Shown in pieces: positions 10,122-19,141 of a DNA stretch of 64,000 bases. The notes beneath the pieces are model-generated. The model had not been told where the DNA came from. It saw only the letters and a list, made by a program, of their open reading frames with translations, and made no database searches. How positions within the stretch are numbered: the first letter of the stretch is position 1; every line of letters starts with the position of its first letter. The stretch lies in NCBI GenBank assembly GCA_040386535.1, contig JAZKFH010000019.1, positions 391,376 to 455,375 on the forward strand. The letters are read 5' to 3'. Position numbers and translations under genes: made by a program. This DNA is from Myxococcota bacterium (GTDB lineage Bacteria > Myxococcota_A > UBA796 > SXON01).

Positions 10122-12155
10122 CTACTCCGGCCGATCGAACACACACCGGAAGCCGTGCACGTCCGACACGTCGTCCGGCTCCGCGTGCCGACGAAATGTC
10201 GGCCGCAACGCAGCGGGCACCGACGCGTAGGAGCCCCCGCGGAGCACACGGTGCTCCTCCACGATCCGCCGGAAGAGCTGACGTCGGGTCACGGTGTAGC
10301 CGCTCGAAGTCCACTCCCACACGTTGCCGACCATGTGGCGCGTGCCCCAGGCGCTCTGGCCGTCCGGCAACGAGTCTACGGGCACGGTGTGGTCGAGCCC
10401 GCAGTCGCCGTAGTTCGCGCGCGTGCAGTCAAGCGGCGCGTCGCCCCAGGGCCAGCGACGCTTGTCGGCTTCGAGGTGCCCGCCCGGAGTGCTGCTCGCC
10501 GCCACCTCCCACTCCTCCTCGGAGGGGAGCCGGCCGCCTTCCCAGGCGCAGTAGGTAGCCGCCTGCTGCCAGGTGACGCCGACCGCGGGGAGCGCGGGGC
10601 CGCCGAGCTCCTGGAAGGGCGCGCCCCCCTTCTTGTCGAGGAAGTAGGGGCTCTCGAGATCCTGCCACGCGAGCGACCCGCACACCCCCGCGCTCACACA
10701 CTCCAGGTAGTCCTCGTTGCTCACCTCGGTGCGGTGCACCCGAAAGGCGTCCAGCGTGACGGCGCGCACGGGCCGCTCGTCCGCTTCGCCGTCTCCCCAC
10801 ACGTCGCCGATGACGTAGGCGCCGGCGCCGACGTCGACGAGGTCGGCTGCTTCGGGGGCCGCTGTCGAGGCGGCCGGGCGCCCCAACCACGCCATGAGCC
10901 CGAGCCCGATGATGGGCAGGGCCACGAACACGCCACCTCCGAGCGCCGCGCCGGCGACCACGTTGCGGCGGGCGGGCCCCGACATCGCCCGCACCTGGGC
11001 GCGCAGCCCGACCCGCTCCACCTCGGCCGCTGACGCCGCGCGGGCGAGCACCAACCGGGACACGATGCCGTCGAGCTCTTCGGCGAGGTCGGCGGCGCGC
11101 CAGTAACGGTTGGGGGGCGACGGGTGGGAGAGGGGAGAGAGGCCACGCGCGAGCAGGTCCGCGACGTCGCGGGCGCAGTCGGCCAGCGCGACCTCCCCGT
11201 ACCGATGCACGTCCGCCAGCTTGCGCACCCCGGTAGCGATGGCCTCACGGTCGGCCTGCTGGATCGCGGCGTGCCCGCGCACATCCACGAGCTCGGCGGC
11301 GCGGGTCCCCTCGCGCGCGGCGAACAGGGAGGTGGTCGCGTCGCGCTGGCTGGCCTCGTCGGCCTCGCCCAGGCCGCACAGCGCGGCCCAGATCGTGCGG
11401 CCGCGCTCGGTCAACATCGGCCACGGATCGGCCTGGTACGCGGGGCGCCCTCCCGTGAGCCACCAGAAGAGCATCACGCAGCAGGCGTAGGTGTCCCAGG
11501 TGGGGTTGGGCTCCGGCAGGCCCGGCAACATCTGGTCGAAGGGGGCCCACATCGGCGAGCCGAACACGCCGAGCTCCATGGAGCCCGGCCCCTCTACGAG
11601 CAGGGATCCGCCGAAGTCCGCGAGCAACAGGCCGCCGTCCCCCCCGACGAGCAGGTTCTCCGGCTTGATGTCCCGGTGGACCACCCGCCCCTCCACGCCC
11701 TCCAGCGGCAGCTCGTGCAGCTCCCCGAGGGCGCGCGCGAGCCCTGCGACGACGCGCAGCAGCGCCTCGATCGCGGTCGCGGGGGTGTGTTCGATGGTGG
11801 CGCGCACGTGCGCGTCGGCGTCCATCGTGGCGACCGGCATCACGAAGCCCGCGCGCCCGTCGTGCGTCACGCGGTCAAGGCACGTGACCGCGTGGGTGAA
11901 GCCCGCCGCCGCCAGGGCATCGAGCAGGTCGGCTTCCTTGGCCACCGCCACGTTCGCCGAGGGCCGGGCGTGCGAGATCTTGATCGCGACGCGCACGCCG
12001 TCATCCCGCAGCGCGGGCCACACCTCGGCTTGTGCGCCGATGCCGAGCGGCGTCGGCCCCGGCAGGTACACGCGCCCGGACGTACCGGTCAGCGCGGGAC
12101 GCCGGTCGTCCGCGGCGGAGGGGGTGAAGGCGCCGGGGACGAGGGTTTGTCGCAC
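10122..12155 (-). CDS. Ser/Thr protein kinase - TM - FGE/SUMF1 (formylglycine-generating enzyme family) fusion
   Basis: LGIGAQAEV, VAIK, HRDIKPEN, DFG; TM helix; RLPSEEEWE, WPWG, MVGNVWEW, VLRGGS, GFRC. Start taken at GTG 12155. Confidence 0.85.
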   Translation of the reverse strand: MRQTLVPGAFTPSAADDRRPALTGTSGRVYLPGPTPLGIGAQAEVWPALRDDGVRVAIKISHARPSANVAVAKEADLLDALAAAGFTHAVTCLDRVTHDGRAGFVMPVATMDADAHVRATIEHTPATAIEALLRVVAGLARALGELHELPLEGVEGRVVHRDIKPENLLVGGDGGLLLADFGGSLLVEGPGSMELGVFGSPMWAPFDQMLPGLPEPNPTWDTYACCVMLFWWLTGGRPAYQADPWPMLTERGRTIWAALCGLGEADEASQRDATTSLFAAREGTRAAELVDVRGHAAIQQADREAIATGVRKLADVHRYGEVALADCARDVADLLARGLSPLSHPSPPNRYWRAADLAEELDGIVSRLVLARAASAAEVERVGLRAQVRAMSGPARRNVVAGAALGGGVFVALPIIGLGLMAWLGRPAASTAAPEAADLVDVGAGAYVIGDVWGDGEADERPVRAVTLDAFRVHRTEVSNEDYLECVSAGVCGSLAWQDLESPYFLDKKGGAPFQELGGPALPAVGVTWQQAATYCAWEGGRLPSEEEWEVAASSTPGGHLEADKRRWPWGDAPLDCTRANYGDCGLDHTVPVDSLPDGQSAWGTRHMVGNVWEWTSSGYTVTRRQLFRRIVEEHRVLRGGSYASVPAALRPTFRRHAEPDDVSDVHGFRCVFDRPE

Positions 12156-12223
12156 ACCCCAACCTAATACCCGGCGGGGCGCCGAGGAGCCCAGAAGGAG
12201 GGCTTCTCTTCGCCCGCGAAGCA

Positions 12224-13276
12224 CTACGCCGAGGCCGCGATCTCCTCGACCGGGTCGTGCGGATCGCGCTGCCATCCGCCGCCGCTCTCGTACACGGCCA
12301 GGCGCTCGAAGTACCGCTCGGTGTGCTCCACCGCCTGCTCGATGCTCTGGCTCTGCAGGAACGCGACGCGGAGCGCGCTGCCGTGCGGGAGCCCGTGCGT
12401 GAAGTAATTCGCGATCTTCTTCATCCGCCCCAGCGAGCCGTGGTCGGTCCGGAACGACTCGCGGATCGACTGGAAGTAGCCGAGCAGCACCCGGCGCTTC
12501 TCCTCGGCGGTCACCACCATCGGGGCCTCGCCGCGCATCTGCTGCCCGATCTGCTGGAACACCCACGGGTTCTTCACCGCGCCGCGCCCCACCATCACGC
12601 CGTCCACGCCGGTGTCGTGGAACATGCGGACCGCGCTCTCGTAGTCGAGGATGTCCCCATTGCCGATCACCGGGATGCGGACGCGCTGCTTGGCCTCCGC
12701 GATCTTGTCGACGGCGCGCGTGCCGCCGTACAGATCCGCGCGCGTGCGCCAATGGATCGTGATCGCCTCGGCGCCCTCTTCCTGGCACATGTGTGCGATG
12801 TCGGGCGCGTTGCGATTCTCCGCGTCGAACCCGCTGCGCATCTTCACCGTCAGCGGGATCTTGATGGCGGCGCGCACGGCGCGCACGATCTGCGTGGCGA
12901 GCTCGGGGTTGCGGAGCAGGGCGGAGCCGCCCGAGTGCGCGCACACCTTCTTCGACGGGCAGCCCATGTTGATGTCGCAGATGTCGGCGCCGCTGTCCTC
13001 GATGATCCGGGCGGCCTCGGCCATCGACTCCGGATCCCGCCCGTAGATCTGCACGGCCACCGGCCGCTCGTCGGGGTCGAACCGCGCCATCTCCTCCATC
13101 CGCGAGGATCCGCGCCGCAGGCCCTCGCTCGCGATGAACTCGGTGACGGTCAGGCCGGTCCCCCCGACCTGGCGCACGAGGCGGCGGAACGTCAGGTCCG
13201 TCACGCCCTCCATCGGCGCGAGCACCAGGTTGGGCTCGATGCGGATGTCGCGGATGAAATAGTGGGAGGGGAGCAC
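12224..13276 (-). CDS. dusB: tRNA-dihydrouridine synthase (DusB-like)
   Basis: LAPMEGVTD, DINMGCP, GSALL, TVKMRSG, IGNGDI, GVMVGRGA. Confidence 0.9.
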   Translation of the reverse strand: MLPSHYFIRDIRIEPNLVLAPMEGVTDLTFRRLVRQVGGTGLTVTEFIASEGLRRGSSRMEEMARFDPDERPVAVQIYGRDPESMAEAARIIEDSGADICDINMGCPSKKVCAHSGGSALLRNPELATQIVRAVRAAIKIPLTVKMRSGFDAENRNAPDIAHMCQEEGAEAITIHWRTRADLYGGTRAVDKIAEAKQRVRIPVIGNGDILDYESAVRMFHDTGVDGVMVGRGAVKNPWVFQQIGQQMRGEAPMVVTAEEKRRVLLGYFQSIRESFRTDHGSLGRMKKIANYFTHGLPHGSALRVAFLQSQSIEQAVEHTERYFERLAVYESGGGWQRDPHDPVEEIAASA

Positions 13277-13342
13277 GCGCGCTAAATGCTCCGGGGCGCG
13301 CGCGCCGTCAAGATCGACCGCCACCGCGTTAGCCGGGCCGGC

Positions 13343-13927
13343 ATGTCCACCGAGTCTCCCGCGACGCCTCCACAGCTTCCTCCCAAGGCGGCGTCCGTCA
13401 CGATCGAAGGCCAGCCCGACGGCTGGGTGCCGCCCCGCTCCTTCCGCGCGCAGGTCGCCCCCGACGGCACCACCCGCCTCGTCATCAGCGTGCCCCCCGA
13501 GGAGCTCGCGGCCACGCACCTCGCCCTTCTCGGCGTGCTCGGCGGGCCCTGGTCGCTCCGGTACCTCAAGCTCACGAACCGCAAGGTCGGCCAGCTCCCG
13601 AAGCCGGAAACCTGGGTGCGCATGGACGCCAGACCCGAGGTCGTGCGCGCGGCGCTCGAAGCGCGCCCGGCGCTCGTGTGGCACGACGGCCGCCATCAGC
13701 TGTGGATGCGCGGCGTCTACGGCGACCAGGTCGTGCTCGACGAGCTCGGCGTGCTTTATTGCTATCCCGACGATCCGGCGTTCCGCACCGCGCTCCAGGG
13801 CATCCCGGAGTCCAAGGAGCTCGGCATGGACGGCCGCGACTACGTGCGCGTGACCTTCCTCGCCGAGGCCGACGCGGAAGAGGCGAGCCTGCTCGCCGAG
13901 CTCTCGCTGCAGGAGTGGAAGGGCTGA
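13343..13927 (+). CDS. Hypothetical protein
   Basis: ATG 13343, genome-typical codon usage, globular-looking 194 aa; no motif recognised. Confidence 0.6.
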   Translation: MSTESPATPPQLPPKAASVTIEGQPDGWVPPRSFRAQVAPDGTTRLVISVPPEELAATHLALLGVLGGPWSLRYLKLTNRKVGQLPKPETWVRMDARPEVVRAALEARPALVWHDGRHQLWMRGVYGDQVVLDELGVLYCYPDDPAFRTALQGIPESKELGMDGRDYVRVTFLAEADAEEASLLAELSLQEWKG

Positions 13928-13934
13928 TGGATCT

Positions 13935-14080
13935 GGGCGCGACCCTGGCGAAGCGCCAGGGCCGGCGCCCTCCGGGGTCGCGGCAAGGCCGCTCCGTCGC
14001 CCGCTACGCGCGGGCGGACCGGCGCGGGCGGTGAACGTCAGCGCACCGTGGGCCCGCGCGCGGCCCGCGCCGCCCTCCGG
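13935..14080. other. Multi-hairpin intergenic element between convergent genes
   Basis: CCCTGGCG-AAG-CGCCAGGG (13943-13961), GCGGC-AAG-GCCGC (13980-13992) and further GC stems. Confidence 0.5.
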
Positions 14081-14101
14081 TCACCTCGCGCCCCCCCCCC
14101 T

Positions 14102-15961
14102 CTATGGCTTGAGGATCACGGGCGGCTCGATGCCGGCGCACGTCACCACCGCGTCCTTCCCGGTGCTGCACACGAGCGCGAGCCCCGCCGCGGGCACCGC
14201 GAGGGTGCCCTTGAGCGCGGGGCGGCCGACCTGCTTGAGCGTGAGCTCGTAGGTGTCGGCTGGGACGGTGCCTTCGAGCGCCTCCTGGCCGGAGATCAGC
14301 ACCTTGCCGAGCACCGTCTGCACGCGGATCCACTGGACGGGCCCACCTTCCATCTTCACCGAGACGGGGGACGTCCCGGCGGCCACCGCGCCGCCCCCAC
14401 CGCTCGCGGCGCCAGTCGTCGTGACCGGCGCGGACGCGGGCGGCGCCTGGGTGATCGAGGGCACCGGCTCCATGGCGCCCGGCGCGCGCAGGTACCAGTA
14501 CATGCCGCCGACGCCCAGGAGCCCCGCGCACGCAAAGGCGAACAGGACGAACGCGCCGCCCGCGAGGATCGCCACGTTGTTGTTGCCCTTGCTCTCTTCC
14601 TCGACCGCCGGCGCCCGCCGACGGGTCTGGGCCGCGTGCGACACCTCCACCTGCGGGACGTGGTGGACCGAGGCGGGCGGCACGTGGAACGGCCCGGTCG
14701 CGGGCTGCGCCGTGCTCATGCCGGCGGGGACGCCCGCGTACGTGGGGCGCTCCGCCTCCTCGTCGTTGAAGCTGGCGGGAGAGGCCGCGTTGGGAGCGGA
14801 GGCATGGCGGGGCTGGGCGACCGCGCTCGATGCCACGGGCCTCGGGGCCACCGCGCTCGGGCCGGGCGCGCTCGGGCCCGCGGGGGAGGGGACCGCCGCC
14901 GGGCGCACCGGCGTGATGCTCTCGCCGGACGCGCCGACCTTGCCGGCCGCGGCGTCCGCCGGCGACCAATTCACGATGAAGCGCGTGCCGGCGAGCGCGC
15001 CGCCGTTGAGGCCCCCGCGGATCTGCTTCGCGAGGGGCGCCACGACGGCCTCCGCGAAGGTCTCGAGGGTCTCTCCGGAGGCCTGCTCCGCGAACGCGCG
15101 CAGCAGCTTGGACACCTGCTCGGCGTTCGGGCGCAGCGAGGGCTCGCCGGACAACATCTGGAGCAGCACCTGCCGCAGCGCGATGTCCCACTCGCGGTTC
15201 GGCATGCCGAGCGCGCCGAGGCGGGACACCTCCTCCGCGATGGCCTCGTCGTGCTCCTGCAGATCCATCGAGAGGAGCGGGAGCCACTCGCCCTTGAGGA
15301 TCTCGAGCAGCATGAGCCCGAGCGCGTACACGTCGGCCGAGTGCTCGCCGCGGTCGCCCTCGCGGCGCTCCGGCGACATGTACTTGAGGCTGCCGAACCG
15401 GAGCGCGCCGGTCTGCACGGAGCGGAAGGCCTGGCTGGAGCGCGCCGTGCCGAAGTCGAGCACCTTGAGCTCGCCCTCGACGCTCACCATCACGTTCGAC
15501 GGCTTGATGTCGCGGTGCACGACGTGCAGCGGCGCGTCCAGGCCGTACGGCACCTTGAAGTAGGCGGCCTCGAGCGCGGAGGCGGCCTCGGCGGTGATCT
15601 GGATGGCGGCGCGCGGAGGGACCTTCTGCCCCTTCTTCGCCAGCGCCTCGACCAGCTGCTTCAGATCCAGCCCGTCGACGAACTCCATGATGATCGCGAG
15701 CTGCCCGTCGATCTCGGACAGGTCCTCGACACGCAGGATGTTCTTGTGGCGCAGCCGCGCGAGCAGACGCGCCTCGTCACGGGTGCGGTTGATGACTTCG
15801 GCCGACTCGTTCCACTGCTCACGCAAGATCTTGACGGCTACGATCCGCTCGATCCCGCCGGGCGCACGCGCCTCTGCGAGGTACAATCGCGCGAAGGTTC
15901 CCGAGGAGAGCTCGTGGAGCAGGAGAATTTCGAGGTGCCGGCCCCCGGCTTGCGCTTCCAT
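14102..15961 (-). CDS. Membrane-anchored Ser/Thr protein kinase
   Basis: VAVKIL, HRDIKPSN, DFGTAR, YMSPE, ADVYALG; Pro/Ala linker, TM helix, small extracytoplasmic beta domain. Confidence 0.92.
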   Translation of the reverse strand: MEAQAGGRHLEILLLHELSSGTFARLYLAEARAPGGIERIVAVKILREQWNESAEVINRTRDEARLLARLRHKNILRVEDLSEIDGQLAIIMEFVDGLDLKQLVEALAKKGQKVPPRAAIQITAEAASALEAAYFKVPYGLDAPLHVVHRDIKPSNVMVSVEGELKVLDFGTARSSQAFRSVQTGALRFGSLKYMSPERREGDRGEHSADVYALGLMLLEILKGEWLPLLSMDLQEHDEAIAEEVSRLGALGMPNREWDIALRQVLLQMLSGEPSLRPNAEQVSKLLRAFAEQASGETLETFAEAVVAPLAKQIRGGLNGGALAGTRFIVNWSPADAAAGKVGASGESITPVRPAAVPSPAGPSAPGPSAVAPRPVASSAVAQPRHASAPNAASPASFNDEEAERPTYAGVPAGMSTAQPATGPFHVPPASVHHVPQVEVSHAAQTRRRAPAVEEESKGNNNVAILAGGAFVLFAFACAGLLGVGGMYWYLRAPGAMEPVPSITQAPPASAPVTTTGAASGGGGAVAAGTSPVSVKMEGGPVQWIRVQTVLGKVLISGQEALEGTVPADTYELTLKQVGRPALKGTLAVPAAGLALVCSTGKDAVVTCAGIEPPVILKP

Positions 15962-16132
15962 TCGCCCCGACGTTGCGCGGCGAGGATAACACACGGCCGC
16001 GCTCACGCTGGCCGATCAGTGGAGAGTGGCGGGCCGGGCGCAGCGGAGACGTTGCGGGCGGGCGGAACCTGTGGTTTAACGATGCGGCGCCGACACCCCC
16101 CCTGGGTCCGAACGCCATGGAGTCGCCTTCCG

Positions 16133-17149
16133 ATGTCTGCATTGATCCTCCTGCTCTCCCTGGGTGGATGCCAGATCGTCCAGTCCTTGCTGAACAACCC
16201 CGAGGCGGCCCTGGCCGACGCGGACGCGAAGCTCAAGGCCGGAGATCTCGCGGGCGCGACCGCTGTGTACGAAGAGGCGGTCAAGAAGTCGCCCACCAAC
16301 GTGGACGTCGCGTCCGGCGCCGCCTACGCCAAGGTGCTCGGTGGCGACTTCGCCGCGGCGGACGCCTACCTCGCTGCGGCCGAGGCCACTGCCGCCGAGC
16401 GCACCAACGAGGTGAAGCTCCGCCGCGCCTTCGTCGCGATGGAAGCGGGTGACCTCGACAAGGTCAAGGAGTACGCCGCGGGCAGCGCCCTCCCCGCGGG
16501 TCAGCTCATCGCGGGAGAGGCGGAGCTGGCGGACGGCAACCGGGACGCGGCGAAGGCCCTCTTCGAGGCCGCCAAGGCGGACTCGGGCCAGGTCGGCGCC
16601 ACCGCCACGACCTACCTCGAGCTCATGGCGGACGCGAATCCCCTGGTCGCGGGTCTATCGGAAGCACAGGCGCTCTGGGCCCTCGGCCAGCGTCGCATCG
16701 CGGTGCGCAGCGTGGAGGATCTGGTGAAGGCGTACGCCGAGTCTCGCGAAGATGGTGGCGATCAGCTGCTGCTCTGGGCCGGCCGCGCCGCGGCCGTCGG
16801 CGAGACCGCCATTGCCTACAGCCTGCTCGACTCCATCACCGTGCCCCCGGCCGGCCAGGGTTGGCGCGTCCAGGCCACGCGCGCCATGGCTACCTGCGTC
16901 GATGGCGAGGGCGCGAAGTGCCTCGAGCTGTTCGAGGCGCTCCGCCCCGGCGCCCCGGCCGACGGCTACGTCGACGCGCGCGCCACCGCCGCGCTCGCGA
17001 TCGCCGAGACCGACCCCACGACCGCCAAGGCCCTCGTCGACGGCATGCGGGGTGACGCCGTCGCGCGCGCCTACGCTGCCATCGGCGACAAGGCGGCCGC
17101 CTCCGGCGCCGCGAGCGATCCCGTCCTCAAGTCCCAGTTCGGAGGTTGA
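16133..17149 (+). CDS. TPR-like alpha-helical lipoprotein
   Basis: MSALILLLSLGGC lipobox; Ala-rich TPR-like helices. Confidence 0.75.
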   Translation: MSALILLLSLGGCQIVQSLLNNPEAALADADAKLKAGDLAGATAVYEEAVKKSPTNVDVASGAAYAKVLGGDFAAADAYLAAAEATAAERTNEVKLRRAFVAMEAGDLDKVKEYAAGSALPAGQLIAGEAELADGNRDAAKALFEAAKADSGQVGATATTYLELMADANPLVAGLSEAQALWALGQRRIAVRSVEDLVKAYAESREDGGDQLLLWAGRAAAVGETAIAYSLLDSITVPPAGQGWRVQATRAMATCVDGEGAKCLELFEALRPGAPADGYVDARATAALAIAETDPTTAKALVDGMRGDAVARAYAAIGDKAAASGAASDPVLKSQFGG

Positions 17150-17628
17150 TGATGCGCCTTGCTCCTGCCAATGCAGCCGTGCGGCTGTTCGTGGTGGTCG
17201 TGATGCTCCTGGGGATGTTCGTCCCCGGCGTGGCGCTCGCGGCCAAGCCCCCCAAGGAGTCTGAAGGTGTGCCCGTGCGCGTCATCGTGCTCGATGCCGA
17301 GCGCGCGCCCATCTCCACCGCCGTCGTCCGCCACCCCCTCGAAGCGGATCGCCACCGGGTCAACTCGGTCGACGGGTCGTGGGAGGCGAGCGTGCTCTAC
17401 ATGCCCGACGGCAGCGAGCTCCGCTTCACCCCCGGCATGACCCTCGAGCTCGAGATCTCCGCGCCCGGGTTCATGACCCAGGTCTTTCAGTACCAGGTCC
17501 GCAAGCGCAAGAACGTGGTCGAGCTCTCGCTGCCCCGCATCGAGATGGACGACACCACCATCGAAGAGCCGGTCATCAGCTTCGGCCGTGATCTGCCCCG
17601 CGAACCTACCGAAGCCCCGCCGCAGTAG
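17146..17628 (+). CDS. Secreted protein with a small beta-sandwich (carboxypeptidase-regulatory-like) domain
   Basis: Signal peptide ending ALA; VRVIVLD..PI..AVV and ISAPGF pattern. Confidence 0.65.
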   Translation: MMMRLAPANAAVRLFVVVVMLLGMFVPGVALAAKPPKESEGVPVRVIVLDAERAPISTAVVRHPLEADRHRVNSVDGSWEASVLYMPDGSELRFTPGMTLELEISAPGFMTQVFQYQVRKRKNVVELSLPRIEMDDTTIEEPVISFGRDLPREPTEAPPQ

Positions 17629-17680
17629 TTCCTCCGCAGTAGTTCCTCCGCAGTGAATCTCCCGCAGTGATCTCTCCGCG
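17620..17680. repeat. 14-bp tandem repeat (about 4.4 units)
   Basis: CCGCAGTAGTTCCT x2, CCGCAGTGAATCTC, CCGCAGTGATCTCT, CCGCG; spans the stop of the upstream gene up to the next start. Confidence 0.9.
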
Positions 17681-17683
17681 GAA

Positions 17684-19135
17684 ATGATGGAGCCCTCCTC
17701 GATGCGCCCCCCCAAAATGCTTCGGCTGCCCGCCTCTCTCGCTGTGCTCATGGCGCTCTCCCTCCCGGCGTTCGCCGCGAGCTGGTCGAGCTTCGAGAAC
17801 ACCTTCCCCGCGCTCTCCTGTCAGGACGGCTGGGCCGCCTGCGTGGTGGACGGCGTCGCGAGCGGCCCTGGCGCGTTGAAGGACGCCGCCGGCCGCCCGC
17901 TCCCGTCCGACGCACGTTTCGGCTGGTTCGACCTGAAGCCGACACAGAACGTGTCGCCCTTCACGTCGCTGTCTGCCTACACCGGCGCCATCGGCGGCGA
18001 AGTCGCCCCGCCGCCGCCCGTCGAGGCCCCGCCGGTCGCCCAGCAGGGTGGCGATGACGGGCAGCCGGTCGCGCAGCAGGGTGGCAACGACACGCCGCCC
18101 GAGGTGCGCCCGGTCACCGGCACGACCGCGTCCACGACCGGATCCGGGAACGGCACGGTGGCTTCCAACAGCGGCTCCGGCAGCACCGGCTCCAACGGCG
18201 GCACGGGGAGCTCGACCACCTCGAGCGGCTCGAACGTGCAGTCGACCGCGATGGCGTCGAACACCACCACGACGTCGACGAGCACGGGCACCATGCGCCC
18301 GAACAGCCCGTCGTCGACGACCACGACCACCACCACGTCGAGCACGCCGACCACCACGCCGGCCACCACCACGAGCTCGATGCGGCCGGGCTCGCCCTCG
18401 TCCACCACGACCACGACATCGACCACGTCCACGATGGCGCCGACCTCGACCACGGCCCAGACTGTGTCGAGCACCCCGACGACCACCACGACCACCACCT
18501 CCGCGGTGGCGCCGGTCGCTTCGGCTCCGCAGGACGACACCTGCGACGATCTCGTCAAGCTCGAGCCCGCCGCCATGATGGGCCAGCTCCGCGTCGGCCA
18601 GAACAAGTGCCTCGAGGGCCGCGTCGGCTCCGAGGGCCAGCAGACGACAAAGGACAAGATCTCCCGCCTCATGATCACGAACGCCGAGGCGAAGGGCGAC
18701 AAGACCGACTGGGAGCGCTTGATGAAGCGCCACCTGGAAGACATCGATCGCTCTGATCCCGACCTGTGCTTCAAGTACGCGCTGCACCTCTCCCGCGGCG
18801 GCTCGGGTCGCGCGCAGGGTGTCATCCGCTGGGCGGACTACGCGCTCGAGAACAAGGCCAAGTGGTCCGGCCAGACCTACAAGACCCGCGTCTTCAGCCT
18901 CTACAAGCTGCGGGCCGAGGCCGCGAACAAGCTCTGGCAGGACGCGGAGAAGGAGTTCGCCGAAGGCGAGCGCTCCGACGACAAGGAAGCCAAGGCCGCG
19001 AAGCACCGCGGGCAGGCCAAGGACTACGCACGCGAGTGGCTCGATTACGCGAAGGCGAGCGCCCAGGACACCAAGACCGCCATGGCGCTCTGTGTGTCCT
19101 CCTCGGGCAACCGCGCCTTCTGCGAGGGGGGGTAG
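17684..19135 (+). CDS. Secreted protein with long Thr/Ser/Gly/Pro linker and Cys-containing helical C-terminal domain
   Basis: Signal peptide (LAVLMALSLPAFA); poly-Thr tract ~18115-18500; paired cysteines in both terminal domains. Confidence 0.75.
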   Translation: MMEPSSMRPPKMLRLPASLAVLMALSLPAFAASWSSFENTFPALSCQDGWAACVVDGVASGPGALKDAAGRPLPSDARFGWFDLKPTQNVSPFTSLSAYTGAIGGEVAPPPPVEAPPVAQQGGDDGQPVAQQGGNDTPPEVRPVTGTTASTTGSGNGTVASNSGSGSTGSNGGTGSSTTSSGSNVQSTAMASNTTTTSTSTGTMRPNSPSSTTTTTTTSSTPTTTPATTTSSMRPGSPSSTTTTTSTTSTMAPTSTTAQTVSSTPTTTTTTTSAVAPVASAPQDDTCDDLVKLEPAAMMGQLRVGQNKCLEGRVGSEGQQTTKDKISRLMITNAEAKGDKTDWERLMKRHLEDIDRSDPDLCFKYALHLSRGGSGRAQGVIRWADYALENKAKWSGQTYKTRVFSLYKLRAEAANKLWQDAEKEFAEGERSDDKEAKAAKHRGQAKDYAREWLDYAKASAQDTKTAMALCVSSSGNRAFCEGG

Positions 19136-19141
19136 GCCCGT

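Noticed and set aside
10122..10300. DGR variable region in the FGE/C-type-lectin domain
   Set aside because: No template repeat or reverse transcriptase found in the window.
17620..17680. CRISPR array
   Set aside because: Units are contiguous 14-mers without unique spacers; no cas genes in the window.
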